Assembly: GCA_026914245.1 (NCBI GenBank)
Contig: CP110439.1
Coordinates: forward strand, 3,658,001 to 3,722,000
DNA from: Puccinia triticina
Lineage: Eukaryota
Length of the DNA: 64,000 nucleotides
Direction of reading: 5' to 3'
Below the pieces are notes generated by a model that did not search any database, was not told the DNA's origin, and worked only from the letters and a program-made list of their open reading frames with translations. Positions 52,415 to 63,667 of the stretch are shown here, in pieces. The translations under genes and the position numbers were made by a program. Position 1 is the stretch's first letter; each line of letters opens with the position of its first letter.

Positions 52415-52466
52415 TGGTCCCCCGAGCCGGGATTGAACCAGCGACCTCAAGATTTACAGTCTCGCT
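52415..52466 (+). other. Primer-binding site complementary to tRNA-Tyr(GTA), extended to 52 nt
   Basis: Reverse complement agcgagactgtaaatcttgaggtcgctggttcaatcccggctcgggggacca has an anticodon arm (GTA), a T arm and a CCA end. Confidence 0.85.
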
Positions 52467-52858
52467 ACTGTGGTTTTGAGGCCGTTTGGTGGTTATATTT
52501 CTTTTCTTTCTTTCTTCATATTTTTGTCCATCCAAAAATCCTAATAATCTCTGCCGAACCTATTTGGTTCTTCTCTCTCCTCAATTTTCAAGTTTCAACC
52601 GCTCTCATCTCTCGCCGCTCCTCAAGACGGACTATTCCTCGTTTCAGTGGATCAAGTCGTTTCAGGATTGTTTGAATTTCTCCTCTCTTTCTGTTTCTTT
52701 CTTAAGGTTCAGCGGCGGGGCACTCGGGTTGTAGAAGTAAGTCCCCACCACATTAGTTGCACCTCCGAAGTTCTACCGTCTTTTGTCGAAAAAGATCATC
52801 GCCACTCTGTGAGCCGTCCCTGCACCGTTTGCAATCTTTTCCCTAGCTCTCATACGAC

Positions 52859-55027
52859 ATGGCCGACGCGGTCGGAGGCGCGAGACCCGCGAAGATGAAG
52901 AAGATCAAGCCTCAAGACGGCCTTAAGTTTGATGGATCCAATTTCAAGCGATTTCTAGCCGACTATGAACTGGCGGCCGAGTTGGATGACGCCTCTGATT
53001 ACGACAAGGCTCGTCAAGTTGTGCGTTTCGTCGATAATGGCGAGACTCGGGACATTCTCGAGACGCTGGACGGACACAACCCGCCGGACTGGCCGAAGCT
53101 GAAGGCTGCGATGCTGGGTTATTGGGCGGATGTGGACACGGCAGTCTACACAGAGCTCGACATCGCTGGGCTAGTAGAGACGTGGACGAAGAAAGGTGGA
53201 GTCTCCTCGGTATCCAATTACCATTCGTTTCGTAAGGTTTGGGATCCGATTCAATCTTACCTTGTCTCCAAAGGCCACATCGAGTCGGAAGAGGAGCTTA
53301 AAAAACAGTACTACCAGGCTTTCTCTGCCGGATTTCAAGGTCGAATCAGGGACCAGATGATCAAAGACAACACTCTGGTGACAACGGTCGACAACCGAGC
53401 GCGGCTACCAGCTTTCAAGATAGTTCGCAGCGCGGTCGACACGGTCATGAAGGGTCAGATATCCCTTTTGTTTGAGGATACGAGATCGTCCGCCCCGGTT
53501 TCGTCGCCCTTCCAGGAGGCGAACGAAATCATGAAGAAGATGGGGACGGACAAGCGCCCAGCGCCAGCAGCGGCAGACTCGAAGCCTGAACCCTCCGTTG
53601 ATGAAATAACGAATATGTTTAAAGCCTTCGAACAGTACATGAAGCAGGGCGGCGGAAAATCGGGACCGTCGGCCGAGCGAGGTCCAATGATCTGTTACTA
53701 TTGTCACCGGGAAAATCACGGGACTTTGCGGTGCGCCGAGCTGCAAAAAGATCAGGAAGCGGGTCTCGTCGAGAAAAAGGGAAACAATTTTTTCCTGCCC
53801 AATGGGGCGCTCATTCCTTTCGACCGAAGTCGCCCGATTCGCCACGTAGTGGCCTCTTTTCCATCCAATCAGGCTTCAAGTTCTCGGGCTCAGTCTCCTG
53901 GGCCTCGTCCGACATCTCACTCGGCCTCCGTGGAGTTTAAGGCCAGCTGTGGGTCTTTAGAGCAATGGTACCCCCCGGTGGTTTCATCTCAATCGTTCTC
54001 GGGTGGGTACGACTCGGAGGCGGCTGGCAGGAAGAGGCATGAGGAGCCGAGGCCTTACAAAGCTCCTTTGGCTCCGTCATCCCAGGCTAAACGGCCGCTT
54101 CGCAAGCCAGCAGTCGACCCGGGCGGTCCTATGGAGCCCGATGTGGCGGACGAGCAGGAACTCTTTGAGCGGATTATGAAAGATCCCGACCCTCAGCCCT
54201 CTCCGCCAAAGGACTCGCCAGCCAGGCCAGCCACGCCGCCTAAGGGTGCGGGAGCGCAGCCGAAGGTCCGCTTCGAGCGGAACGTCTCACGGGACCACCC
54301 AGACGCGGTGGATGGTTTCGTCAAGAAGATCTTTGAGCTTCCGGTCACGACGACAGTGGCGGAAATTTGTTCAGTCTCTCCGGCGGTATCGGATGGCGTT
54401 AAAAAGTGGGTCTCGCGGCGTCGTGTGGAGGTAGGCCCAGAGGATTTGAAGGTGCATTCGGGCACTTTGGCGGAGGGCCGTGAGTTTAGAGAAACCTCGC
54501 CGGACCCCTGTCTCTATTCCTGCCCACTTGGTTATCTGGCTTGCTTGATTGGAGGGGGGGAGAACGCCGCGTCTCCGTTGATCGACTCAGGGTCGCAGCT
54601 CAACATCATATCGGACACCATGGCGAATCGGTTTAACCTCACACCTTGGGTCAACTTCAGCTCCGCAGTCTATGGTATCAACAACCAGGCTTGCGAGCTG
54701 ATTGGAGTCGCTGAGGACGTCCCTGTTCGGGTGGGTAAGAGTATCGTGGGCACCTGTCACTTTTGGATTACCCGTCAGGACAGCCCTTTTATTCTAGGTC
54801 GTCCATTCTTGATGGACTTCGAAGCGACTCTTTTTTTCTCTCCCACGGCAGGGGAACGGATCATCTTGCCCGACCCCAAAGGTCGGAACATCGAGTTGTT
54901 GCTCTGTCCTATTGAAAAGGGTCAATGGGAGCGGGAGTTTCCGGCACACGGTCGAAAAGCGGTGTTGACGCACTGCGGGCGCATCTTGGAGCTGCCTGAG
55001 GGAGCGGAGGATCCGTCTTTTTTATAA
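52859..55027 (+). CDS. Gag-protease polyprotein
   Basis: 722-aa ORF with zinc knuckle CYYCHRENHGTLRC and aspartic protease motif LIDSGSQLN. Confidence 0.9.
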   Translation: MADAVGGARPAKMKKIKPQDGLKFDGSNFKRFLADYELAAELDDASDYDKARQVVRFVDNGETRDILETLDGHNPPDWPKLKAAMLGYWADVDTAVYTELDIAGLVETWTKKGGVSSVSNYHSFRKVWDPIQSYLVSKGHIESEEELKKQYYQAFSAGFQGRIRDQMIKDNTLVTTVDNRARLPAFKIVRSAVDTVMKGQISLLFEDTRSSAPVSSPFQEANEIMKKMGTDKRPAPAAADSKPEPSVDEITNMFKAFEQYMKQGGGKSGPSAERGPMICYYCHRENHGTLRCAELQKDQEAGLVEKKGNNFFLPNGALIPFDRSRPIRHVVASFPSNQASSSRAQSPGPRPTSHSASVEFKASCGSLEQWYPPVVSSQSFSGGYDSEAAGRKRHEEPRPYKAPLAPSSQAKRPLRKPAVDPGGPMEPDVADEQELFERIMKDPDPQPSPPKDSPARPATPPKGAGAQPKVRFERNVSRDHPDAVDGFVKKIFELPVTTTVAEICSVSPAVSDGVKKWVSRRRVEVGPEDLKVHSGTLAEGREFRETSPDPCLYSCPLGYLACLIGGGENAASPLIDSGSQLNIISDTMANRFNLTPWVNFSSAVYGINNQACELIGVAEDVPVRVGKSIVGTCHFWITRQDSPFILGRPFLMDFEATLFFSPTAGERIILPDPKGRNIELLLCPIEKGQWEREFPAHGRKAVLTHCGRILELPEGAEDPSFL

Positions 55028-58000
55028 GGGGAGTTGGTCCATCAGCTGGCGGGTTTAATCTAGGGCCTTGCACTCGGTCAGCGGATTCAACTCAACCCTC
55101 AGAGGCCCACAGTAGCGCTTTCTTTCCTTTCTCGATTCGGTCTTCTTCGGTCTCGTCTGTTCAAAACATCAAAACTCAAAAACAGCAGCAAAATCAAAAA
55201 TCATCAAAAAAATTCGCTTCTTCGGTCTTTCAGTCTCCGTTTCTCTCTCCCTCAGAATCATTCTCACTCGATCCTTCAAAGAGGATTCGGCCGCTTCAAG
55301 CGGCTAGTTTGGTAGTGGACTCGCATCAGGGGTACTCAGCGGGGGCACAAAGTACAAAAGTAAGTCCCCTCCTTGGTATGCATCTCCGGGTAGCTACTAC
55401 CGTTATCTCGAAAACATTACCCTGTGCCACGCACGTGAGCGACTCGTCGGAACCCCGTTTTTCCTCCACTTTAGATGGGACCCTATCCCTTGATCTTCGT
55501 CTCCGCAAAGAGAATAAACTATCCCTTGATCCTTGTCTCTGCAAAGAGAATAAACTACTCCCCCTCCGTGAAGAGGCTAAACTATTTACGTCATTTGACG
55601 GCCTCCGCAATGAGGTTAAACTTCCGAGCCTCCGCGACAAGGATAAACTAAAGATCCTCCGCAATGAGGTGAAACTAGGTACTTATCGGTTGGAATGTGA
55701 AGGAGGCGTGGTGGAGTTTGGTGTTCCGCGGAGGTTGGGAGACGTAGAAGTAAGTTCCTCCCATAGTTGCACCTCCGAGGGTCCCTCTACACGTCGTAAA
55801 AACCCTACTCCAGCCACACTTGTGAGCCACAAATCTCCCTTTTGCTCTTCGTTCTCAGAGAAGGCGGCGTTCAAAAATGGCGCGGAGCATCGGACTTGGC
55901 GTTTGCTCGAGAATGGTCTCAATCACGGCGCACAGTTGGCGCTTGCGGAAGCGTGGAAGGGAGGCGCTCTTCTCTCTTTCGCCGCCAAATACAAGCCCGT
56001 GGCCCGGAAAGTCAAGCCGGTAAATCAACCCATGCCGCAAAACCTAAACCCTCCGTTGCAGCGGCCCCCTTTGTCTCGCGATCCTTATCGTGGACTTCCC
56101 AGATCCCTCGCGGGTCCCTTCGCGCCGAGTGGGCGGGTTACTGAAGAGAGTCTCCAGGTGGTAAATTTCGGTCCGCCTGGATGGTTGCGTCCCGCCGAGT
56201 TGAACTTAATCAAGAACCTACTAGCAGAGCGGAATCTGGCCATCGCTTTCAATGACTCTCAGCGAGGACTCCTTAAGGAGTCCTATGGACTTCCTTACAT
56301 CATCCCGGTCATCGAGCACGAGCCCTGGCAGAAGCGCAAGATCCCGATCCCGGCCGCAAAGCTGGAAGAGTACACCAAACTGATTAGAGAGCGAGTCCGA
56401 ACTGGCCTATACAAGCAGTCGACTTCATCGTACTCAAGCCCGGTCTTTTGTGTCCTCAAAAGCAACGGTAAACTTCAGATTGTTCATGACCTTCAGCCAC
56501 TAAATAAAGTCACGGTTAAAGACGCGGGTGTTCCGCCGGCCACTGAAGAGTTCGTGGAGTCATTCTCAGGGCGCGCGTGTTACGGGCTTGGCGACATCAT
56601 GGGCGGCTACGACGAGCGCACGCTACATCCTATTTCTTGCCCCCTCACTACTTTTGATACCCCACTGGGGCGGTTCCAGCTCACTTGTCTCCCGCAGGGT
56701 GCCACTAATTCTGTCGCCGTTTACCAGGCGCAGATGGTGTGGATCTTGCAGGAGGAGATCCCGGACCATGCTGGGATTTTTATTGATGATGGGGGCATCA
56801 AGGGCCCCATTTCGGATTACAACAACGAGCTGGTCCCCTGGCACTCCGGTATTCGGCGCTTCATTTGGGAGTACGCAGAGACGTTGGAGCGGATTCTTTT
56901 CCGAATCGAGGAGTCGGGTTTGACTGTATCGGCATCGAAGCTGGCGGCGTGTGTTCCCGCCCTCGAGATCGTCGGGCACGTGGTGTGCAAAGAGGGCCGG
57001 CGCATGGCGAAGAGTAAAGTCAAAAAGATACTCTCCTGGCCGACCCCGGTGAATGCGACAGAGGTTCGAGGCTTTTTGGGAGTGGTGGTGTATGTCCGCA
57101 TTTTTATCCCCTCCCTATCTCAAATCTGTCTTCCGCTCCGACGCCTGATGCGCAAGGACATGGATTTCATTTGGACTGAGGTTTGTGAGAGAGCATTCAA
57201 GGAGCTGAAGAGAGTTGTAGGGAGGGATATTGTGCTGGTCAAGATCAATTACAGGCCCAGCGCTGGGAAAATTAAGCTGGCGGTCGATTCTAGTTTCCAC
57301 GCGGCCGGAGCGGTGCTTTCTCAGGAGGACCAAGAAGGCCTTGACCGGCCCGCACTGTATGAATCACTCCTTTTCTCGGACACGGAGTCTCGATATTCTC
57401 AACCTAAACTCGAGCTATGCGGCGTGGCGCGAATCCTCAAGAAACTTCAGACGGTTTCACAGGGCCAGCATTTTGAGCTTCAGGTCGACGCCCAATCACT
57501 TATTCAAATGATCAACGCCCCCAGTCTACCCAACGCGCCAATGACGCGCTGGGTCTTGTTCATCCAGCTCTTCTCATTCGATATTGTCCATTGCCCCGGC
57601 AAATTTTTCACTATGCCCAACGGCCTTTCACGGCGGCCGCAGGGCAACGAAGACTCCGACCCGCCATCTTCGGATTTTGACGAAGATCTGCCTCATGTGA
57701 GGCCGTTACATTCCTACGTGGCCGGCCCTAGGAAAGTCTACACAGGGTATCAGGAGGGTTTTTGGCGGTAGATGGAGGCTTATCTCACGACGTTGGCTCG
57801 CCCGGACGGCATGGACGCTAAGCAGTTCCGCGCCCTCAAATGCAAGGCATCCGCCTTTTTCATTCAAGCCGGCCGCCTCTTGAAGCGAGGGAGTCCCTTG
57901 CCCAGGATTGTGGTCACAATCCCCACCAAGCAGGATGAAATCCTCAGCAAGCTCCACGAGGATCTCGGGCACCGTGGTGTCGCGGAGACGTACCGCTGGG

Positions 58001-59016
58001 TTGCAGATCGATTTTGGTGGCCGGGTCTAAAACAGACTGTTGCTCGCTGGTGTCAGAGCTGCGAGGCCTGCCAGAAGAGGGATTTGAAGCGACCTCTGGA
58101 GCCGCGCTACCCGGCTGGAGAGGAAACGGTGTTCGGACGAGTATTGATGGACGCCGTTCACATCAAAGCGGGAGGTGCCAAGTATTTGATTGTCGCTCGA
58201 GATGACTTTTCCGGGTGGGTGGAAGCAAAGTTTCTCAACAATCTCACCTCTGAGGCGGTCGCAGCTTTCCTCCAGGAAAACTGGACTATGCGCTACGGCC
58301 TGGCGCGCTCTTACTCAACAGATGGTGGCTCCGAATTTGGCGGGGCTCTAGCGGATATGCTGCGATCATTGCCGGGCCAGCATCGAGTCTCTACGCCCTA
58401 CTACCCCGAAGGGCAGGGTATGGTTGAGCGGGGACACGGCCCTCTGAAAGCGGCGTTAGTCAAGCTGGCGGGCGAGTCGGGCAAGAACTGTCAGAAGTTC
58501 CTGCCCTTGGTTTTGTTTGCTGATCGAATCTCAACTAAGCGCACGACGGGTTATTCCCCGTATGAGCTTGTTTTCGGGCAGCGCGCGGCCCTGCCAATTG
58601 ATTTAGACATCGAATCCTACCTCGGCGTCGACTGGGAAGAAGTCCGCGACACGGCGGATCTGCTGGTGGCGCGGTCTAAGCAGCTAGAGAGAAGTGAAGA
58701 AACTCGGGCGGTTGCGTACGAGCGCATGATGAAGGCGCGCGGCGAATTGGTACGCTACTGGGAAGACAAGAACTCAAGTCGATTCCGTGTTCCGCTCTCC
58801 GTGGGCGACCTTGTTCGGGCCTACAACCGATCCCTGGAAGTTCAGTGGGGGCAGCTATTTGCTCACAAGTGGAACGGCCCCTACCGAGTCGTCAAGCAGG
58901 TTCAAGGAGGGTCTTATGTTCTGTCTGAGCTCGATGGGACGCAGCTCAAGCGCCGGTTTGCGGCGGATCAGGTCAAGCGGTACTTTCTGCGTGGGGGCAT
59001 TGCTGACCAGAAGTAA
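55018..59016 (+). pseudogene. Pol (RT-RNase H-integrase) in the -1 frame, with a single premature TAG
   Basis: Frame is open from the TTTTTTA slippery site. RT PQGATNS and FIDD; RNase H VDSS and PKLELCG; integrase HEDLGH..CEAC and DDE core. TAG at 57769-57771. Confidence 0.9.
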
Positions 59017-59194
59017 GTCCCCCTCCTTAGTATGCACAGTAGCGTTTCTCTACACTTTTTGTAAGCATTACATCGCCACTTTGTGAGCCGCCCGCGGGAC
59101 CTTTGTTGGGTTTTTCTTTCCAGGTTCCCCTGTCTTTCTTTGGCCGCATGGAATATTGAAGGAGTCTGGGGACAGACTCCAAGTGGTGGGTGGA

Positions 59195-60117
59195 TGTGGT
59201 GGCCCCTCCCGTGGCCAGCTAGTCAGGATCATCGCCGCCGCTGGGATTGTCATCAAGAGTCCAGTTTCAGTTTCATTCCTCAAGTCTCAAGAAACATCAA
59301 GATCCTCAAGACCCTCACAAATTCATCCTCCCCCCCATCTTTCCTCATCTTTCATTCCTCTTCTTCCATACTCCTTTCCCCCCCCTCTCTTTTTTTTTCT
59401 TTCTCCCATCTTTCCATCTCCTTTTCTTCTCAGTCCCCATCACCTTTCAGTTTTCTTGGTCCTAACACAGCGCCTGCTGTGGGTTTTTTTTCCTGGTTAT
59501 TTCTGGTTCTCTTCCTTCTGTTTTGTTCTGTTTGTCTGTCCTGAGTGTTTCTGCCTTCTCCTTCTTCTTTCCATTCTTCTTTCCTCTGGTTCTTCTTTTG
59601 TCTCCTCACACTTTCATTTCTTTGTTTCTTTGCCTTGTGTTCTCTGTTTCCTGTTCCTCTTGTTTGTTGTGTGTGTGTGCGCGCGTAGCGCGCGGAGGAG
59701 ATGATGAAATACATGTGACATGTCACCCGGAGTCCAAGTTCAGCTCGAACTTGGATGATGGGTGGGCATGGCATTCTGATCCCCAGAATACGGACCATCA
59801 CGGAGCTTATAGATCATATCTTCAGAGTTTCAACTTACGGGCTCCGCCCGCCGATCATCTTTTGTCCAGAATCTCAGATCCCTTTCCTTCCCCTCTTTAA
59901 GATCACTTCTCATTCCCCCAACAACAAAAAAAAAAAAAAACCGCCGCCGAGGATCCAAAACCCCGGCGAACCTCTCAAAACCACCTCAACCACAAAGCTA
60001 TCCCAGATCCCCCCATTTCAGCGCTCAACCTTCACGGACCGCCCACCTCGAGGGCAGCCTAAACAGCACCCATCCCCTCACGCGACTGCCTCCGCTTGTA
60101 TGGACAGGAGTTCCTCA
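59195..60117 (+). repeat. 3' LTR
   Basis: Near-identical to 51491-52412. Confidence 0.95.
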
Positions 60118-61282
60118 CCGCCCTCCTGCCCTCCACCGACTGCTGCCCCAAGACCGAGCGCGTTCCTCTCTGAGATCTCCTCCTCCACGCCCTCCGCCAC
60201 CCACTCCTCAGAACCTTCAAGGTCCAAGAAGCCGGCCGCGAAACCCCCAGGTCCTTCCTACAGCTCAGCTTCTTCAAGATCATCCATCTCCCCCGATCCT
60301 TGCCCCTGTTTTCCCTCCATCAGCACCAACGACTCCTAACCGACTTCAGAAACATTTCACGTTTGTCCCGCTCCGCCCGTCCCAACCATTGCCCCCTCAG
60401 CCCATCAAACATCTCCCAAACCAATCCCCATCAGCCCTTCCGGGCCCACTTCCGCACCCTCCCTCCCCTCGCCAAAGGCATCCTACTCTGGAAAAATCTC
60501 CTCGACGCCCTCCTCTGCCTGCTCCTCGAAACCGGTGCTGGTTGCGCATCCTGCCTCCCCTGCGCATCCCTCGCCTACCGTCCCCCTTCTTCCTCCGGGG
60601 CCCTCTCCAGCGACCCTTGGTTTGCCGCACCCGTCGACGCAGCCTGAAAATTCTCTCAATTGGTGAAACTGGTGTCAGGGTTGGCTGGGGAGGGGACTGC
60701 ACTGAACCCCCTCAAGGTACATCATGAAGCTAATGTGATGTGCTCCACATTGCCACCAATTAGTATCAAAAATCAAAGACTACAAAAAAACCTTTCAGTA
60801 AAAAAACTTAGTGGTTTGATTCTCATCCAAGTGTTAAATTTAATTGTATCCAAAAGCCCCCCATAGTGTTTTTGATCAAGCATGGAGAACTACTACTGCA
60901 GTTCTTCTTGACCAGCCCTGTTTGACTATCATTTATTTTAACTTTGTTTCCTCCTTCCTCCTCTCACTTTTATGGAATCTGCACTCCAGTAATGATATCT
61001 CACACTTGTTTGAAGTGTGTTCCTCATTGTGGTGATGAATTCAAACCTCTAGGATGAGCTCTGGCTGCCTTCCTTTTCAATGAAATGCAGTCACAGGCGT
61101 CATATTCCTCACTTCTTGGGATAGCCTATATACTGCAGGAATTTCATTGTGCTTTTCAATATAACAAATAGTTGATCTCTACTGATCAGCATATACACAA
61201 TGGCTTTATCATAAGATAACATCTTGCTGATCTAGCTGAGGAAGAATGGGGGGTAGGGGGGTGAGGGGAAAACCTTTGGTTT

Positions 61283-61310
61283 GCAGCGGCGTAGCCGCCT
61301 TGGCCTCTAG
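61283..61310 (+). mobile_element. Helitron 3' terminus abutting the Copia integrase
   Basis: Identical 28-mer to 5337-5364, followed by T. Confidence 0.8.
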
Positions 61311-63667
61311 TTGTTGATTAAAACCAATACATATTGGAATGAGCCCTGAGAATTTGGCGAAATCTGTAAAACATCCATATGAATCATTCTGAAAGGAGCG
61401 GAGGTGGAAGGAAGGGGATTGGTGTGTGAAGACCGCTTAAGCTTCACCATTCTACACACCTCGCAGTTAATTGAAGATCCAGTTTTTTCCATCGGAGTCA
61501 TTTTCATCAACTCAAAGAATTTCTTCAAGTAATTGTCGGAAGGATGTCCGACAATTACGTGCCAGTCTTTAAGAGCATTGCTTTCATTTATTGACAGCAA
61601 CGATTGCGATGTGACTACACTGGAGCCAGATGAGACATAGAGATCCCCTATTCGTGGAAATTTCTCAATTACCGTTTGTCCCATGTATACCAAGAACAGT
61701 TTGTTCTTGTGTACGCAATGAAAACCATGATCTTCAAGCTGAGACACTGAAATCAAGTTGCACTTGCCCGATGGCGCCAAATATACCGGAAATATATTAT
61801 ACTTTCCGAAACGCATAGAGCCCGTATGAGTGATGTTGATTGAGCCCGAATAAGTACGCATCTTCTTAGAAACAGGTTGCAAGTTGGATAAAAGACGAGA
61901 GTCGGAGACCGTAGATTTTGAAGCACCTGTGTCAAGTACCAATCAAATTTTCTCATGATCAATTGGGCCAACGTGAAAGTTATTTTTGTCTTCTACGAAA
62001 AAACCGGTATCCTCCGGGTCTTCAGTCGTCAATTCAGAGAGTGCTTCAGCAACTTCTTCCTTGTCTTCCGAATTAATAGTATTTAAACGCTGAGATCGAA
62101 GTTTGGTCAAAGAATCAATAAGCTGATCAATTTCTTGATCACTCATTTTAATTTTTGAGTTGGTAGAAGTTGAAGCAGGCCAATTCTTTGTTGGAACGAC
62201 GTTTCTGAATTTCTTTTCCACAGCTTTGAATTTGTCCTTGTTTGGTTGAACAAATGGCTTTGAAGATACCGCGTTCAGTGATTCAGATTGTTCAGTACGA
62301 CTATGTTCAGCGCCCATACGAATGGCAAGTTTTTCAAAAGTAGAAGGTTCAACATCAAAAAGATTTTGAACAAGAGAGGTCAATGAGTCGTCAAATCGAA
62401 AGCTTTTGAGGAAAAAAATTCCAGCCATAGTAGTATCAATCTGAGTTTTCGGATGTGATACTTGAGCTGATTTTAACGAAGTATATATAGTTTGAAATTT
62501 GCTGATATGGTCTGCGATTGATGTTCCAGGAACGTAATTGAGATGAATGAGTGCGTAAAGCTTGTCACCAAGCTTTACTAAAGATCCTTCACCGCATGCA
62601 GCTGCCAAATCTCTCATTGCATCCAAAAAATTGGCAACAGCTTGAACGACAGGGTATAGATTGGCAGAAACGCATAATTCCAGAAGCGTATATGCATTCG
62701 AGGTCTTTTCGCGAAACTTCTTTTCCTTTTTGTGTTGTTTGCACCACACGGGATCAAAAACCTCTTCATCTCCTCGTCCAGTAACAAGATGAGTGAACAA
62801 CTTCTTCCATTCCGGCCAATTGTCGTGGCAAAGTTTAGTAATTTGGATCTTGTCGCCTCGGTGATCATTATCACTTGAAGAGGAATCATTGATATGAGGG
62901 ATTACCGGAAGGTCTGCCATCTTGTTTGAGTTGTATCTAAAAGTGTTTTCTTGTTTTGAGTTCTTATAACTGTCAAGTAATGACTCTCGCTACCATGTGA
63001 AAATGGTAGGTCAATTACTTTATGGAAACAGTTATTACAAAAGAACTCAATAACAGTAATACACTTGAAATAAATAGAACAATTTGTTAGAATAGTTATT
63101 GATAATAATGATATAATAAAGTAATGAAATAAATACCTAGATACAATGAATCAAAGCAAAGAAAAAATCTTGACACAATGACAATGGCGACGATGTATAA
63201 CAAAAGGAATTTCACGACGAAACAGCCTGACAAAAAGGAAGTAAATAAGTCAATAGCATGATCCACACGGTAATCGAATAATGTATTTGACTACCTGCCC
63301 AGAAGCTGAATCTAGCTCCTCCTAGATGTTAGCGATCAACGAGCAATGAGATTGAATGTTCGATTTGATTGGTTGATTGTCGAAGAAGAATTGCTTCGAG
63401 TAAGATAGATCGATGATTGACGATTGATCGACAAGGAATGAGATGAGTAAGAAGAAAGGGGGAGAAGAATTTTTTGTCGGCGAGAAGAAGAAGATTGCTG
63501 CTGAGAAGCTGTCCGAATCGATTGACAAGGTATCGGGCATATGCGTCTACCACAGTGCATGCATAGTGATATGCATACACTAACTTATGTGCGGATTTAA
63601 AGTTGACAGCCGCCTTCCCTTTTGCCCTACGGTTCGGCATTCTTCGCACCGGCGTCACCTTCCTATA
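61311..63667 (-). mobile_element. Truncated Ty1/Copia retrotransposon (partial 5' LTR, PBS, gag, protease, start of integrase)
   Basis: PBS tggtagcgagagtc (62982-62995) next to the LTR end ...tcaca at 62996. Gag 61943-62920, then a stop, then VLDTGAS, NLISVSQL, WHVIVGHPS..CEVC and PFRMIHMDV. Confidence 0.9.

Larger units (their letters stand above)
51491..60117 (+). mobile_element. Full-length Ty3/Gypsy LTR retrotransposon
   Basis: TG...CA LTRs at 51491-52412 and 59195-60117; 4-bp TSD ccgc; PBS from 52415; purine-rich tract at 59181-59194; domain order gag-PR-RT-RH-IN. Confidence 0.95.

Noticed and set aside
52415..52466. tRNA-Tyr gene on the minus strand
   Set aside because: It lacks the 5' acceptor strand and most of the D arm, has an encoded CCA and abuts the LTR, so it is a PBS.
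57769..57771. Programmed stop-codon readthrough in pol
   Set aside because: More simply a CAG>TAG transition, consistent with other decay in the element.
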